From NCBI GenBank assembly GCA_945870425.1, contig CAMBSD010000010.1:13653-77652 (forward strand): a stretch of DNA of 64,000 nucleotides, read 5' to 3'. Position 1 is the first letter of the stretch. Each line of letters starts with the position of its first letter. This document shows positions 9,499-18,065 of this stretch, in pieces. Under the pieces are notes generated by a model. That model saw only the letters and a program-made list of their open reading frames with translations. It had not been told where the DNA came from and ran no database searches. This DNA comes from Chitinophaga pinensis (GTDB lineage Bacteria > Bacteroidota > Bacteroidia > UKL13-3). The position numbers were made by a program, and so were the translations under genes.

Positions 9499-10506
9499 TT
9501 ATAGATATACCGCATTGATATTTGATTGCGGAATTCCCATGGATAAAAGCAGTTGTTTCCAATCGTAAAGGGCATTTTCGTCATCACCCAAAACCCATAT
9601 AATATTGGTTTGTTTAATAGCATTAATGTTCTCTTTGCCATATTGGTTGTTGTTTAGCAATTGGTAAAAAGTCTGCGGATTGATGCTGCCATCATTGGTT
9701 TTAATACTAGGGCTAATATCATCAATTACCAGGTAATTGGTGTTTCTCCAATTCCAAAGGTTGTTTATTTTAATGTCATTATCATTCAAATCAGGTTCGT
9801 AAAATTGGTTATACAATTTTGTGGCAGAAGTGTACAAGGCCTTTTTATGCCTAATGGATTCTTCGTTGGCTATGGCTACACTCAAACTGGTTTTACCTCT
9901 TTTGTAGGTGCCAAAAATGAGTAAATGCTGCCCATTTTGGTTGCTGTTAAGGTAATTGGTAATGATTTGCTTGCTGTTTTCGTCCAATTTATTCTGCCAT
10001 TGGCTTAGTCTGAATTGAAAAGGTAGTTTAGCCTCTTGTTGGTACATTTTGGTGGTGTACCAATAGTAAGATGGATAGGCAATGGCTGCAAGTAGCATCA
10101 CATTTAGTAACACCAAAGTAGAACTTAATTGGATGACTGTGGCTGCAAGTAATGCACCTAAAGCAAAGAAGCACACATCTGTGGCAGTGTCGAAGGCCAC
10201 ATTTGATAAATCAGGGTTAAAAACGTAAACATTGGTTTTTCTGAGTATCGGTCCAAGTGAATTGTAGGTTTCAAAAAAGAGCCAAAAAATACTCACCCCA
10301 ATACCTGTGTATAGGTTTAGTCGCTGAGCTGAGAGGTATGGTTTTAGGATTTGGTAAATTAATATGGTGGGGATAAATCCTAATGCAATGTGACCGAGTT
10401 GATTGGCCAACCATGCATAGGTTAGGGTGATTCCGCGATACGAGTCTTTGCCAATTAAATCAAAATTTAATTGTTGCAAAATGTACTTAACCTGAATAAA
10501 TTTCAT
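9499..10506 (-). CDS. Hypothetical protein: N-terminal membrane domain fused to an IstB/DnaC-like P-loop ATPase
   Basis: About 4 TM segments, then HLLIFGTYKRGKTSLSVAIANE (Walker A) and YLVIDDI (Walker B). Confidence 0.7.
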   Translation of the reverse strand: MKFIQVKYILQQLNFDLIGKDSYRGITLTYAWLANQLGHIALGFIPTILIYQILKPYLSAQRLNLYTGIGVSIFWLFFETYNSLGPILRKTNVYVFNPDLSNVAFDTATDVCFFALGALLAATVIQLSSTLVLLNVMLLAAIAYPSYYWYTTKMYQQEAKLPFQFRLSQWQNKLDENSKQIITNYLNSNQNGQHLLIFGTYKRGKTSLSVAIANEESIRHKKALYTSATKLYNQFYEPDLNDNDIKINNLWNWRNTNYLVIDDISPSIKTNDGSINPQTFYQLLNNNQYGKENINAIKQTNIIWVLGDDENALYDWKQLLLSMGIPQSNINAVYL

Positions 10507-10781
10507 AATGATTGGTTTGGGTTTTTTAATTATGTTCTAGAAGCAATATAAACAATACCTAAGTTTTTGGTTGCGAAAATGATTACGAATTTAAATGAGA
10601 CATTCAAATATTTGAAATTTTATATAGCGAAAAGTTGTGGCATTTTGAAGAATTGTTTCAATATGAAATTTGAAGTTCTATTTTGGTAAATATTAGCAAC
10701 ATGCTAATTTTTAAATATTTGATTTTAAGTTATTTGAGAATTGGACTTTTTCTTGTTGTGTGTTAATTACAAAACAATTAA

Positions 10782-10886
10782 ATGATGATACTTTTATTTT
10801 TTGCAACAAGCATAGCGATAGTATGTATTGCTTTTGGAATTATCAAAAGCCGATTGAAATTGAAACTTGTCAAAATTAGAAACTAA
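10782..10886 (+). CDS. Putative 34-aa single-TM small protein MMILLFFATSIAIVCIAFGIIKSRLKLKLVKIRN
   Basis: Translated by hand; A-rich leader aaaacaattaa before the ATG; hydrophobic helix plus basic tail; below the ORF-track length cutoff. Confidence 0.5.
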   Translation: MMILLFFATSIAIVCIAFGIIKSRLKLKLVKIRN

Positions 10887-10927
10887 ATTACTTTAAAAGT
10901 GACCATACAATACCTATGCTAACTCAT

Positions 10928-10965
10928 AAAAAGAAGGCTGCTTTAAAGTGATTAAAGTAGCCTTC
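10928..10965 (-). terminator. Hairpin with a U-tract on the minus strand, possibly bidirectional
   Basis: gaaggctgctttaa-agtga-ttaaagtagccttc, flanked on the left by aaaaa. Confidence 0.6.
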
Positions 10966-11125
10966 GTCTATTGCAGCCATTGCTAAATCATTGCAATTTC
11001 AATATCTCCTGTGACATGCTAGGCATAGATGAATAGATAATAATCTAGGTTGCTAATCTACACATACATTTAATTGAGTGAATTAGAATTTGTGAAAATA
11101 AATTCTATAATTGTACAATAAGAGT

Positions 11126-12277
11126 ATGAGTACAATTCAATCATTTGTAAAAAGATATGCCATCGGAAAAGGCATTGTTAGCGGATACATATCCGTGTTT
11201 TTAAGTCTATTGGCCCTCGGTGGTCTTATATGTTTTTACTTTCCTGAAATATTCACCACCCCCGAATTTAGAGAGGTATATACTGCAAAATCAATGAAAA
11301 CCTTGCTTACTTTAACCATCATAGCTTCCTTGCTTTTTGGTTTAAGCAATGTGTTGTTAAGTAATGAAAGAAAAAGAGGAATCTTAGGCATATTCATAGC
11401 TAGTGTAACCATCGTTATTGGTGGATTTGATGTGCAAGGACGAGCAGTTGAAAAAGTGAATTGGCATTTGGGTCTTGATTGGCTCTTGCTTGATTTATTG
11501 TTGATGGCAATTATTTTTATTCCTATCGAAATGATTTTTCCGAAGCGAGACGAGCAAGATCGGTTTCATGCTGAATGGAGAACAGATTTAATTTATTTTG
11601 CCATCAGTCATCTTTGTATTCAGTTTTTTGGGGTGATTACACAAGAACCAGCAGTGGTATTTTTTGGTAAAATGAATTTAGAAGCATTTCAACTTTGGAT
11701 TCAAAGTTTGCCATTGGCAGTTGAAATATTCCTAGCTTTTTTTATCACAGATGTTTTTCAATACTGGGCACATCGTATATTTCATTCAAATTTTTATTTA
11801 TGGCGTTTTCATGCCGTTCACCATTCAACAAAAACAATGGATTGGTTGGCGGGTTCGCGTACCCATTTCATTGATATTTTCTTTACTCGTTCTATAACAT
11901 TCATTCCTTTATATGTTTGTGGTTTTTCTCCTTTGGTATTTAATATTTACATTGTTGTGATTGCCATACATGCTGTGTTTATTCATGCTAATACTCGCAT
12001 TAATATTGGCTTTTTAAAATACCTTTTAACCACACCCCAATACCATCATTGGCATCATTGTGTTGAAGAGGATAAATACGGAAAGAATTTTGCTGTTTTT
12101 TTTCCTTTTATAGATAGAATATTTGGCACTTATTATTTGCCCGAAAACGAGTGGCCAAGTGGAACAGGCTTAAACGAAGCTCAGTTTCCTAAAGGATATA
12201 CCAAGCAATTGGTTTATCCATTTAAGAACAATCCTTTTGATAAGCAATTAGACGAAGGAAAAGAGAGTTCAAGGTAG
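11126..12277 (+). CDS. Sterol desaturase / fatty acid hydroxylase family membrane protein
   Basis: His boxes HRIFH, HAVHH, HAN and HHWHH; ATG at 11126 preferred over TTG at 11111. Confidence 0.9.
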   Translation: MSTIQSFVKRYAIGKGIVSGYISVFLSLLALGGLICFYFPEIFTTPEFREVYTAKSMKTLLTLTIIASLLFGLSNVLLSNERKRGILGIFIASVTIVIGGFDVQGRAVEKVNWHLGLDWLLLDLLLMAIIFIPIEMIFPKRDEQDRFHAEWRTDLIYFAISHLCIQFFGVITQEPAVVFFGKMNLEAFQLWIQSLPLAVEIFLAFFITDVFQYWAHRIFHSNFYLWRFHAVHHSTKTMDWLAGSRTHFIDIFFTRSITFIPLYVCGFSPLVFNIYIVVIAIHAVFIHANTRINIGFLKYLLTTPQYHHWHHCVEEDKYGKNFAVFFPFIDRIFGTYYLPENEWPSGTGLNEAQFPKGYTKQLVYPFKNNPFDKQLDEGKESSR

Positions 12278-12329
12278 TTGTAGATCCAAAACAAAATCGT
12301 ATTATTTATTTCATCAAAAAAAAATAACC

Positions 12330-13844
12330 ATGCGTTTAATATTTATTTCTCTATTATCATGCCTGCAACTAATGGCAATGGCACAGCCCGCTTTTGTTAA
12401 AGACTCTTTGGAGGCTTATGTTAATAGAGAAATGCAGCGATGGCAAGTGCCAGGTTTGGCTATCGCCATCGTAAAAGATGGAAAAATTGTGCATTGCAAA
12501 GGTTATGGAGTAAAGGACATTCATAAACCCGAAAAGGTGGATGAATATACCTTGTTTCAAATTGCATCCAACAGTAAGGCTTTTACTGGGACTTCCATTG
12601 CCTTATTAAATCAACAAAAGCGATTGCTTTTGGATGACAAGGTAACTAAATACATGCCCGACTTTAAATTGTATGATGATACTTATACAAATCAATGCAC
12701 AGTAAGAGATTTGCTTTGTCATCGCATTGGACTGCAAACTTTTCAAGGAGATTTTTTGAATTGGGGTAGTAATTTAACAAGGAAAGAAATCATTCAACAT
12801 TTGGCTTTGACCAAACCTGTTTATCCATTCAGATACAAGTATGGGTATTGTAATGCGGCCTTTATAACTGCTGGGGAGTTGATCAACAATGTGACTGATA
12901 CCAGTTGGGATGATTTTATTAAATATCATTTCTTTGAACCTCTTCAAATGAAGCACACAAGCAGCACCTATCAAATGATTGCCAATGATGCTAACGCATG
13001 TATACCGCATACACTTGTGAATGGTAAATTAGTTACCATGCCCTTTACTAATATTGATAATATGGGTCCTTCGGCCAGTATTAATTCATGTGCCCGAGAT
13101 ATGGCCAATTGGTTATTGTTTCAATTGGATAGTGGGAGATTTGAAGGCAAACAAGTTATTCCTTTCTCAGTGTTGGCTGAAACCAGAAAATCAAATATGA
13201 TTAGTAATGATGTGAATTCGAGGGTTTTTAAAACAAAGCATTTTTCAACCTATGGACTTGGTTGGCAGAGCTATGATTATGAAGGTAGAAGGGTTTGGGA
13301 GCACAGTGGGGGAGCCAATGGTTTTGTGACAAAGACTGAGTTTATTCCTGAAGAAAATCTAGGTGTTTTGGTTTATACAAACACAGATGCCAATTCGCTT
13401 TATGATGCTTTGGTAAAACAAGTATTGGAATCTTATTTAAATGTACCGTATAGAAATTTGAGTGAGATGTATTTTAAGTCATCTCAAAAATCCAGAGAGG
13501 CAGAGCAAAAAGAATTGGATAGTTTGCAAAAAGTAGCACAATCAAAAAATAAACCTAGCATTGATTTGCAAAGTTATGCGGGCGTTTATAACAATGGTTT
13601 TTATGGAGATGCTGAGGTGAAACTAAGCAAAGGTAAATTGACCTTGCACTTAAGCCATCATCCAAATAATATTGGAAGTTTATCATACTTAAACAACCAC
13701 GATTTTTTATGTACCTATAGTGATGTAACCTGTGGAGTGCAAGTGTTACCATTCAAAGTGGAGGATGGAATAGTAAAAGGCATTACAATTAAAGTAAATG
13801 ATTTTATTGATTACTTGAGTTATGATTTTGTTAAAGTGAAATAA
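12330..13844 (+). CDS. Serine hydrolase (beta-lactamase class C-like) with DUF3471-type C-terminus
   Basis: VPGLAIAIVKDG, FQIASNSK (SxxK), YCN, HSGG. Confidence 0.9.
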   Translation: MRLIFISLLSCLQLMAMAQPAFVKDSLEAYVNREMQRWQVPGLAIAIVKDGKIVHCKGYGVKDIHKPEKVDEYTLFQIASNSKAFTGTSIALLNQQKRLLLDDKVTKYMPDFKLYDDTYTNQCTVRDLLCHRIGLQTFQGDFLNWGSNLTRKEIIQHLALTKPVYPFRYKYGYCNAAFITAGELINNVTDTSWDDFIKYHFFEPLQMKHTSSTYQMIANDANACIPHTLVNGKLVTMPFTNIDNMGPSASINSCARDMANWLLFQLDSGRFEGKQVIPFSVLAETRKSNMISNDVNSRVFKTKHFSTYGLGWQSYDYEGRRVWEHSGGANGFVTKTEFIPEENLGVLVYTNTDANSLYDALVKQVLESYLNVPYRNLSEMYFKSSQKSREAEQKELDSLQKVAQSKNKPSIDLQSYAGVYNNGFYGDAEVKLSKGKLTLHLSHHPNNIGSLSYLNNHDFLCTYSDVTCGVQVLPFKVEDGIVKGITIKVNDFIDYLSYDFVKVK

Positions 13845-13871
13845 TAGTAAGAATCAACATATAGTTTGCTG

Positions 13872-14114
13872 TTAATGTCTCCTGTATTTTCCTCTTGTAT
13901 GATAATAGTACCTTGATCTAGCCTGACTTTTTAAAGCATCTTTTTTCGTGCTTGTTTTAAATCTTACATGCCCTTTTCTATAGCGTCCACGATAGTCAAC
14001 GGAGGGTTTAACATATACAGCACCTGATGAATCTTCATCATATCCATCACTTGAGTTACAACTTGAAATAAGTATACATAAAACAAATGTGATGGCTATA
14101 AAGTTTTTTTTCAT
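13872..14114 (-). CDS. Small basic hypothetical lipoprotein (about 80 aa)
   Basis: MKKNFIAITFVLCILISSC lipobox and an Arg/Tyr-rich tail; the ORF-track extension to 14192 is treated separately as a remnant. Confidence 0.6.
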   Translation of the reverse strand: MKKNFIAITFVLCILISSCNSSDGYDEDSSGAVYVKPSVDYRGRYRKGHVRFKTSTKKDALKSQARSRYYYHTRGKYRRH

Positions 14115-14129
14115 GTGAAACAAATGACT

Positions 14130-14192
14130 AGAAATTCCCCTATTATAAATATGATAGTAAAGATCTGGCTTTAGAGGATTATTTAAGTTCAT
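14130..14192 (-). pseudogene. N-terminal remnant of a REP-associated tyrosine transposase (RAYT/IS200-like)
   Basis: MNLNNPLKPDLYYHIYNRGI matches the Y1 transposase start motif YHIYNRG; the rest of the gene is missing. Confidence 0.55.
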
Positions 14193-14331
14193 AGTAAATA
14201 ATTTATATATCTAATCAAATATATAATTTGATAGAGATTTAGAGAATAAAGTTTAAAACTTTAATAACGATATAAACTAAGCCTTGTATTTAAACCATAC
14301 ATTTAACATATTGCCATCAATAGCCCAGCTT

Positions 14332-14946
14332 ATGTGTTACCATACCAAACAAAGTAAAGACATAAAACCCCTTGAAGAACGATTTGAAGCTACAGTATCC
14401 TATAATAATTTTACAAGCAGCGACCGTTACAACGGTTTTACAAATCCCCCAACACCTGTGATATGTAGCAAGCAAGCAGATCAAATTCAATTGTATCATT
14501 GGGGACTAATTCCCTTTTGGTCTATGGATAAAAACATTCGCAAGCATACCTTGAATGCCAGAATTGAAACACTTAAAGAGCTTCCATCATTTAGAGATGC
14601 TGTAAAAAATCGTTGTTTAATTTTGGTAGATGGTTTTTATGAATGGAAATGGCTTGATCCCAAAGGTAAAGAAAAACAGCAATACCTTATTAGCATGCCC
14701 AATGATGAACCTTATGCTATTGGAGGCATATACAGCGAGTGGACCGATAAAGAAACAGGAGAAATAATGCTTACATACGCCATGGTAACCACTGAAGCCA
14801 ACGAGCTAATGGCTGAGATACACAATACCAAAAAACGAATGCCCCTTATTCTTACACGTGATAACGAAAAATTATGGCTTGATGCTGGTATTAGCCCCGA
14901 TGCTTTTAAAAACTGCCAAGTCGATTTGATAGCAAAGGAAGTATAA
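14332..14946 (+). CDS. SOS response-associated peptidase (SRAP/YedK/HMCES family)
   Basis: Start set to give Met-Cys (MCYH), since this family needs an N-terminal Cys; WGLIPFW, LNARIET, RCLILVDGFYEW, IHNTKKRMPLIL. Confidence 0.92.
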   Translation: MCYHTKQSKDIKPLEERFEATVSYNNFTSSDRYNGFTNPPTPVICSKQADQIQLYHWGLIPFWSMDKNIRKHTLNARIETLKELPSFRDAVKNRCLILVDGFYEWKWLDPKGKEKQQYLISMPNDEPYAIGGIYSEWTDKETGEIMLTYAMVTTEANELMAEIHNTKKRMPLILTRDNEKLWLDAGISPDAFKNCQVDLIAKEV

Positions 14947-14977
14947 ATTTGTTGTTCCCTTCATTTCAAAGAGAGCC

Positions 14978-15051
14978 TGTCATTTTGAGCGGAGTCGAAA
15001 AATAGACGGACTCTAATCATAAGCCAGTTCTCGACTCCGCTCGAACTGACA
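14978..15051. repeat. REP-like inverted-repeat element
   Basis: tgtcattttgagcggagtcgaaaa ... ttctcgactccgctcgaactgaca: imperfect arms of about 24 bp around a spacer. Confidence 0.8.
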
Positions 15052-15276
15052 ACTTTCAACAGTCTACCAAGCACAAATCATAGAGTACTTATTACAAAGC
15101 ACTACTAAACCCTTACCTTTATTATGCGATTGTTAACTTTGATTGATAAACTTTGGAGAAAGAAATAAAATCCTATCATTGTGCTTTAATCTAAAAAATA
15201 AAAAGTTAATGAATGTAAGCGGTTTAGGTATGCAATTTGGCTTCTATCTAATTTCACCTTTAAAAGCAATTATACT

Positions 15277-16305
15277 TTGATTTCCTTTTTAGCAGGATTT
15301 CGCTTTATCATACATTCTTCTTTGCTCAAAAATGAAAGTAAAGGAGAGGAGCGTGAATTGACCTTTTCAAGTGGTAAAAAACCTTTGCTTTTATATAGGC
15401 CTCCTCATAAAGAAAAAGGACTCATCCTTTCCCTTTCTGGTTTTTCTATGAGTGGATATGAAGATAAACGTATAGCAGTAGTAAATAATGCCTTTGCCAA
15501 ATTAGGCTACCGTGTAATAACTCCGAAGATTCATAAAATAGATGCTTTACTAATTGATCCCTCATGTATTGATGAAGTGAAGGAATTTATTACCCGACTT
15601 GAAGCTGATGAGGTTTTGAACCCACACAAATTTTGTCCTGCTGTATTTGCCCCTTCATTTAGCGCTGGCATTGCAGCATTGGCCATTGCCGAAATGCCAA
15701 CAAACAGTGTATCTTCTTTGTGTTTGATAGGAAGTTTTTGTGATTTTGAAACCACCATTCAATTTGCCTTAACCAACGACAAGAATTTAGATGATTATGG
15801 GATGCATATTCTCATGAAGAATTTTCTAAAATATGAAGTTGGCCATCATCCTAAATTAGAAGAAATCATTCAAACTGCCCTTGAAGACAATGGTTTGAAA
15901 AGACAAGTGCCAATGCTGCCAAGCCTGCTTGCGCAAACAGATGAAGAAACCCTTGATTTGTATAATAAGCTTAGGCATGATAAAGAATTAAGAAGAGAAG
16001 TCGTTATGCGTGCTTGGACTAAAATCCCCGATTTTTCCCTTTGGAAAAACCGACTTGATTTATCTAAACATGCTATTAAAATTACTTGTCCAGTAAGTAT
16101 TATTCATGGAAAAGAAGACAATGTAATTCCTTCCTCTGAATCTATATTGCTGCATGCTTTGATTAAAGACAATACTAGAACCCATTTAGAAATATCAAAT
16201 TTATTAGACCATGGCGACATGAAAGTTGGATTTAAAATCTTTAGCGAAATTATCCGCTTGGCAAAGGCATTTCATTATTTTATGAAACATATTGATAAAA
16301 AATAA
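15277..16305 (+). CDS. Alpha/beta hydrolase fold protein
   Basis: APSFSAG nucleophile elbow, IIHGKEDNVIP, LDHGD; start codon uncertain (TTG). Confidence 0.75.
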   Translation: MISFLAGFRFIIHSSLLKNESKGEERELTFSSGKKPLLLYRPPHKEKGLILSLSGFSMSGYEDKRIAVVNNAFAKLGYRVITPKIHKIDALLIDPSCIDEVKEFITRLEADEVLNPHKFCPAVFAPSFSAGIAALAIAEMPTNSVSSLCLIGSFCDFETTIQFALTNDKNLDDYGMHILMKNFLKYEVGHHPKLEEIIQTALEDNGLKRQVPMLPSLLAQTDEETLDLYNKLRHDKELRREVVMRAWTKIPDFSLWKNRLDLSKHAIKITCPVSIIHGKEDNVIPSSESILLHALIKDNTRTHLEISNLLDHGDMKVGFKIFSEIIRLAKAFHYFMKHIDKK

Positions 16306-16588
16306 GCAGCTCGATTGGTTTTTGATTAGCCTCAGATTTCACAAATTACACTGATAAATAAAGAGCTTGACTTGCAGTCGTTGTTGTGTCTCACTAACAA
16401 TAAAATATATTACTTTTTTGTCTTTTTTGATGCTGTCGCTAAAACACCTAAAATTGCCACAAGGGCTGAAAAAAAGTTTAAAATTTATTATTTACTTTAT
16501 AATTGACACTTTGCTTAACAATTGCGAAGGTGAGATTGCGATATTCCCCAATTGGTATATGGCTTAATGAAAATGAGCTAGAATAAAT

Positions 16589-17281
16589 CTACTTCCCCAT
16601 CTCAGCATTCATAATCTCTACCAACTCTTCATCACTTTTAATAAAACGGTAAGAGGCTGGAATTTGAAACAAAACATCACCTACTTTTTCGTCAAAAACT
16701 TGTCTTACTTTTAAGGTCTTTGTAATACCATCTTGCGTAATGGTATATTCCATCATAAATCCTTCAATGGCATCATAATTTGTATCTGTACCATTCATAA
16801 TTTTAGGAAGTTTATCTGTATACCAGCATACATTGTTTATAGTGGTTTCGCCATATTTTAAATGGATGGAGGCCTTTTTACAAGCATAACCAGCAATGAG
16901 TTTAGTTTCTTCACTTTTGGTAACGTTAATAACAGGCGCGTTACTTGCACCTTGCAAATCAATTTGTGCTTTTTTGATGTCTTCAGCGGTTTTCTTCATG
17001 GCAATTTTTTTGCCTTGTAAATTCATTAAGATAATCACATCATTCATGCTGCTATCGGCAATGGTAGTTATTTTACCGGCTGCATTAGGCATTTCTACTC
17101 TGCTTTTTCCATTTTTGAAATATACGGTGGCGTCTTTAGGCAACATGGCTTCAAATCTTTTGGCCTCACCTGTCAGGTCAGGATAAGTGATGTCGTAAAA
17201 CACTTTGCCTTCTGTTAATTTGTTTTGCGCCCAAGTTTGCATGCTTATGCAACATAGTAGTATGAATAATTTGTAGTTCAT
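16589..17281 (-). CDS. Secreted GLPGLI/DUF4412-like protein
   Basis: Signal peptide, ETKLIAGYACKKA, WYTDKLP, GFMMEY, FQIPASY. Confidence 0.75.
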   Translation of the reverse strand: MNYKLFILLCCISMQTWAQNKLTEGKVFYDITYPDLTGEAKRFEAMLPKDATVYFKNGKSRVEMPNAAGKITTIADSSMNDVIILMNLQGKKIAMKKTAEDIKKAQIDLQGASNAPVINVTKSEETKLIAGYACKKASIHLKYGETTINNVCWYTDKLPKIMNGTDTNYDAIEGFMMEYTITQDGITKTLKVRQVFDEKVGDVLFQIPASYRFIKSDEELVEIMNAEMGK

Positions 17282-17286
17282 GTGTA

Positions 17287-18060
17287 TTACCAACTTAATT
17301 TTTCTTTGTTTAAAAATGCATTAATTCCTTTTTTGCAATCATCGCTTTTGCGAGCTTTCATGTTCATTTTGGCAGCATATTGTAAGGCTTCATCCATGGA
17401 TATATTTTGCACCTCAGCAATCATTTGCTTGGTCAAGGCAATGCTTTGAGAAGAAGTTTGTTTACATAGTTTTTTAGCAAATTCAAATACTTCTTCTTCT
17501 ATCAACTCTGCATCAATAATAGCATTAATCAGGCCAAATTGTAATGCCTTTTGTGCATCAATAATATCACCCGTAAGCATCATGCTGCGTGCATTGGTTT
17601 CACCAATTTTTCTAATTAAGAAAACCATCACTATGGCGGGTACGAATCCAATTTTAACTTCGGTGTAAGCAAACTTGCTAGTAGGAGTGGAGAAGCAAAA
17701 ATCGCAAATACTTGCTAAGCCACAACCACCTGCCAATGCTGCGCCTTCAACCTGCGAAATAACCACTTTAGGTGAAAGGTGAATCATTTTGTATAGTTCC
17801 ATCAAATGAAGAGAGTCTTGAAGGTTTTCATCATCCGTATTGGTTTGTAGTTTTTGCAAAGATGCCAAATCAGCCCCGCTACAAAAAGCTTCACCATTGG
17901 CTTTAATCACAATCACTTTGCAGTTTTCATCCGCTTCTGCTTTTTTAAAAGTGTCTTTAATGAATTGAACAAAATCGTAGCTAAGTGCATTGCGCTTTTC
18001 CGGGCGATTAAGCGTGATATAGGCCACGCGTTCTTTTACTTTGTAATTAACTAAATCCAT
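17287..18060 (-). CDS. Enoyl-CoA hydratase family protein (methylglutaconyl-CoA hydratase-like)
   Basis: LNRPEKRNAL, FCSGADL, GAALAGGCGL, YTEVKIGFVPA. Confidence 0.93.
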   Translation of the reverse strand: MDLVNYKVKERVAYITLNRPEKRNALSYDFVQFIKDTFKKAEADENCKVIVIKANGEAFCSGADLASLQKLQTNTDDENLQDSLHLMELYKMIHLSPKVVISQVEGAALAGGCGLASICDFCFSTPTSKFAYTEVKIGFVPAIVMVFLIRKIGETNARSMMLTGDIIDAQKALQFGLINAIIDAELIEEEVFEFAKKLCKQTSSQSIALTKQMIAEVQNISMDEALQYAAKMNMKARKSDDCKKGINAFLNKEKLSW

Positions 18061-18065
18061 ATTGT

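Noticed and set aside
16367-16567. 66-aa ORF between convergent genes
   Set aside because: TTG start, overlaps degenerate repeat debris, no motif.
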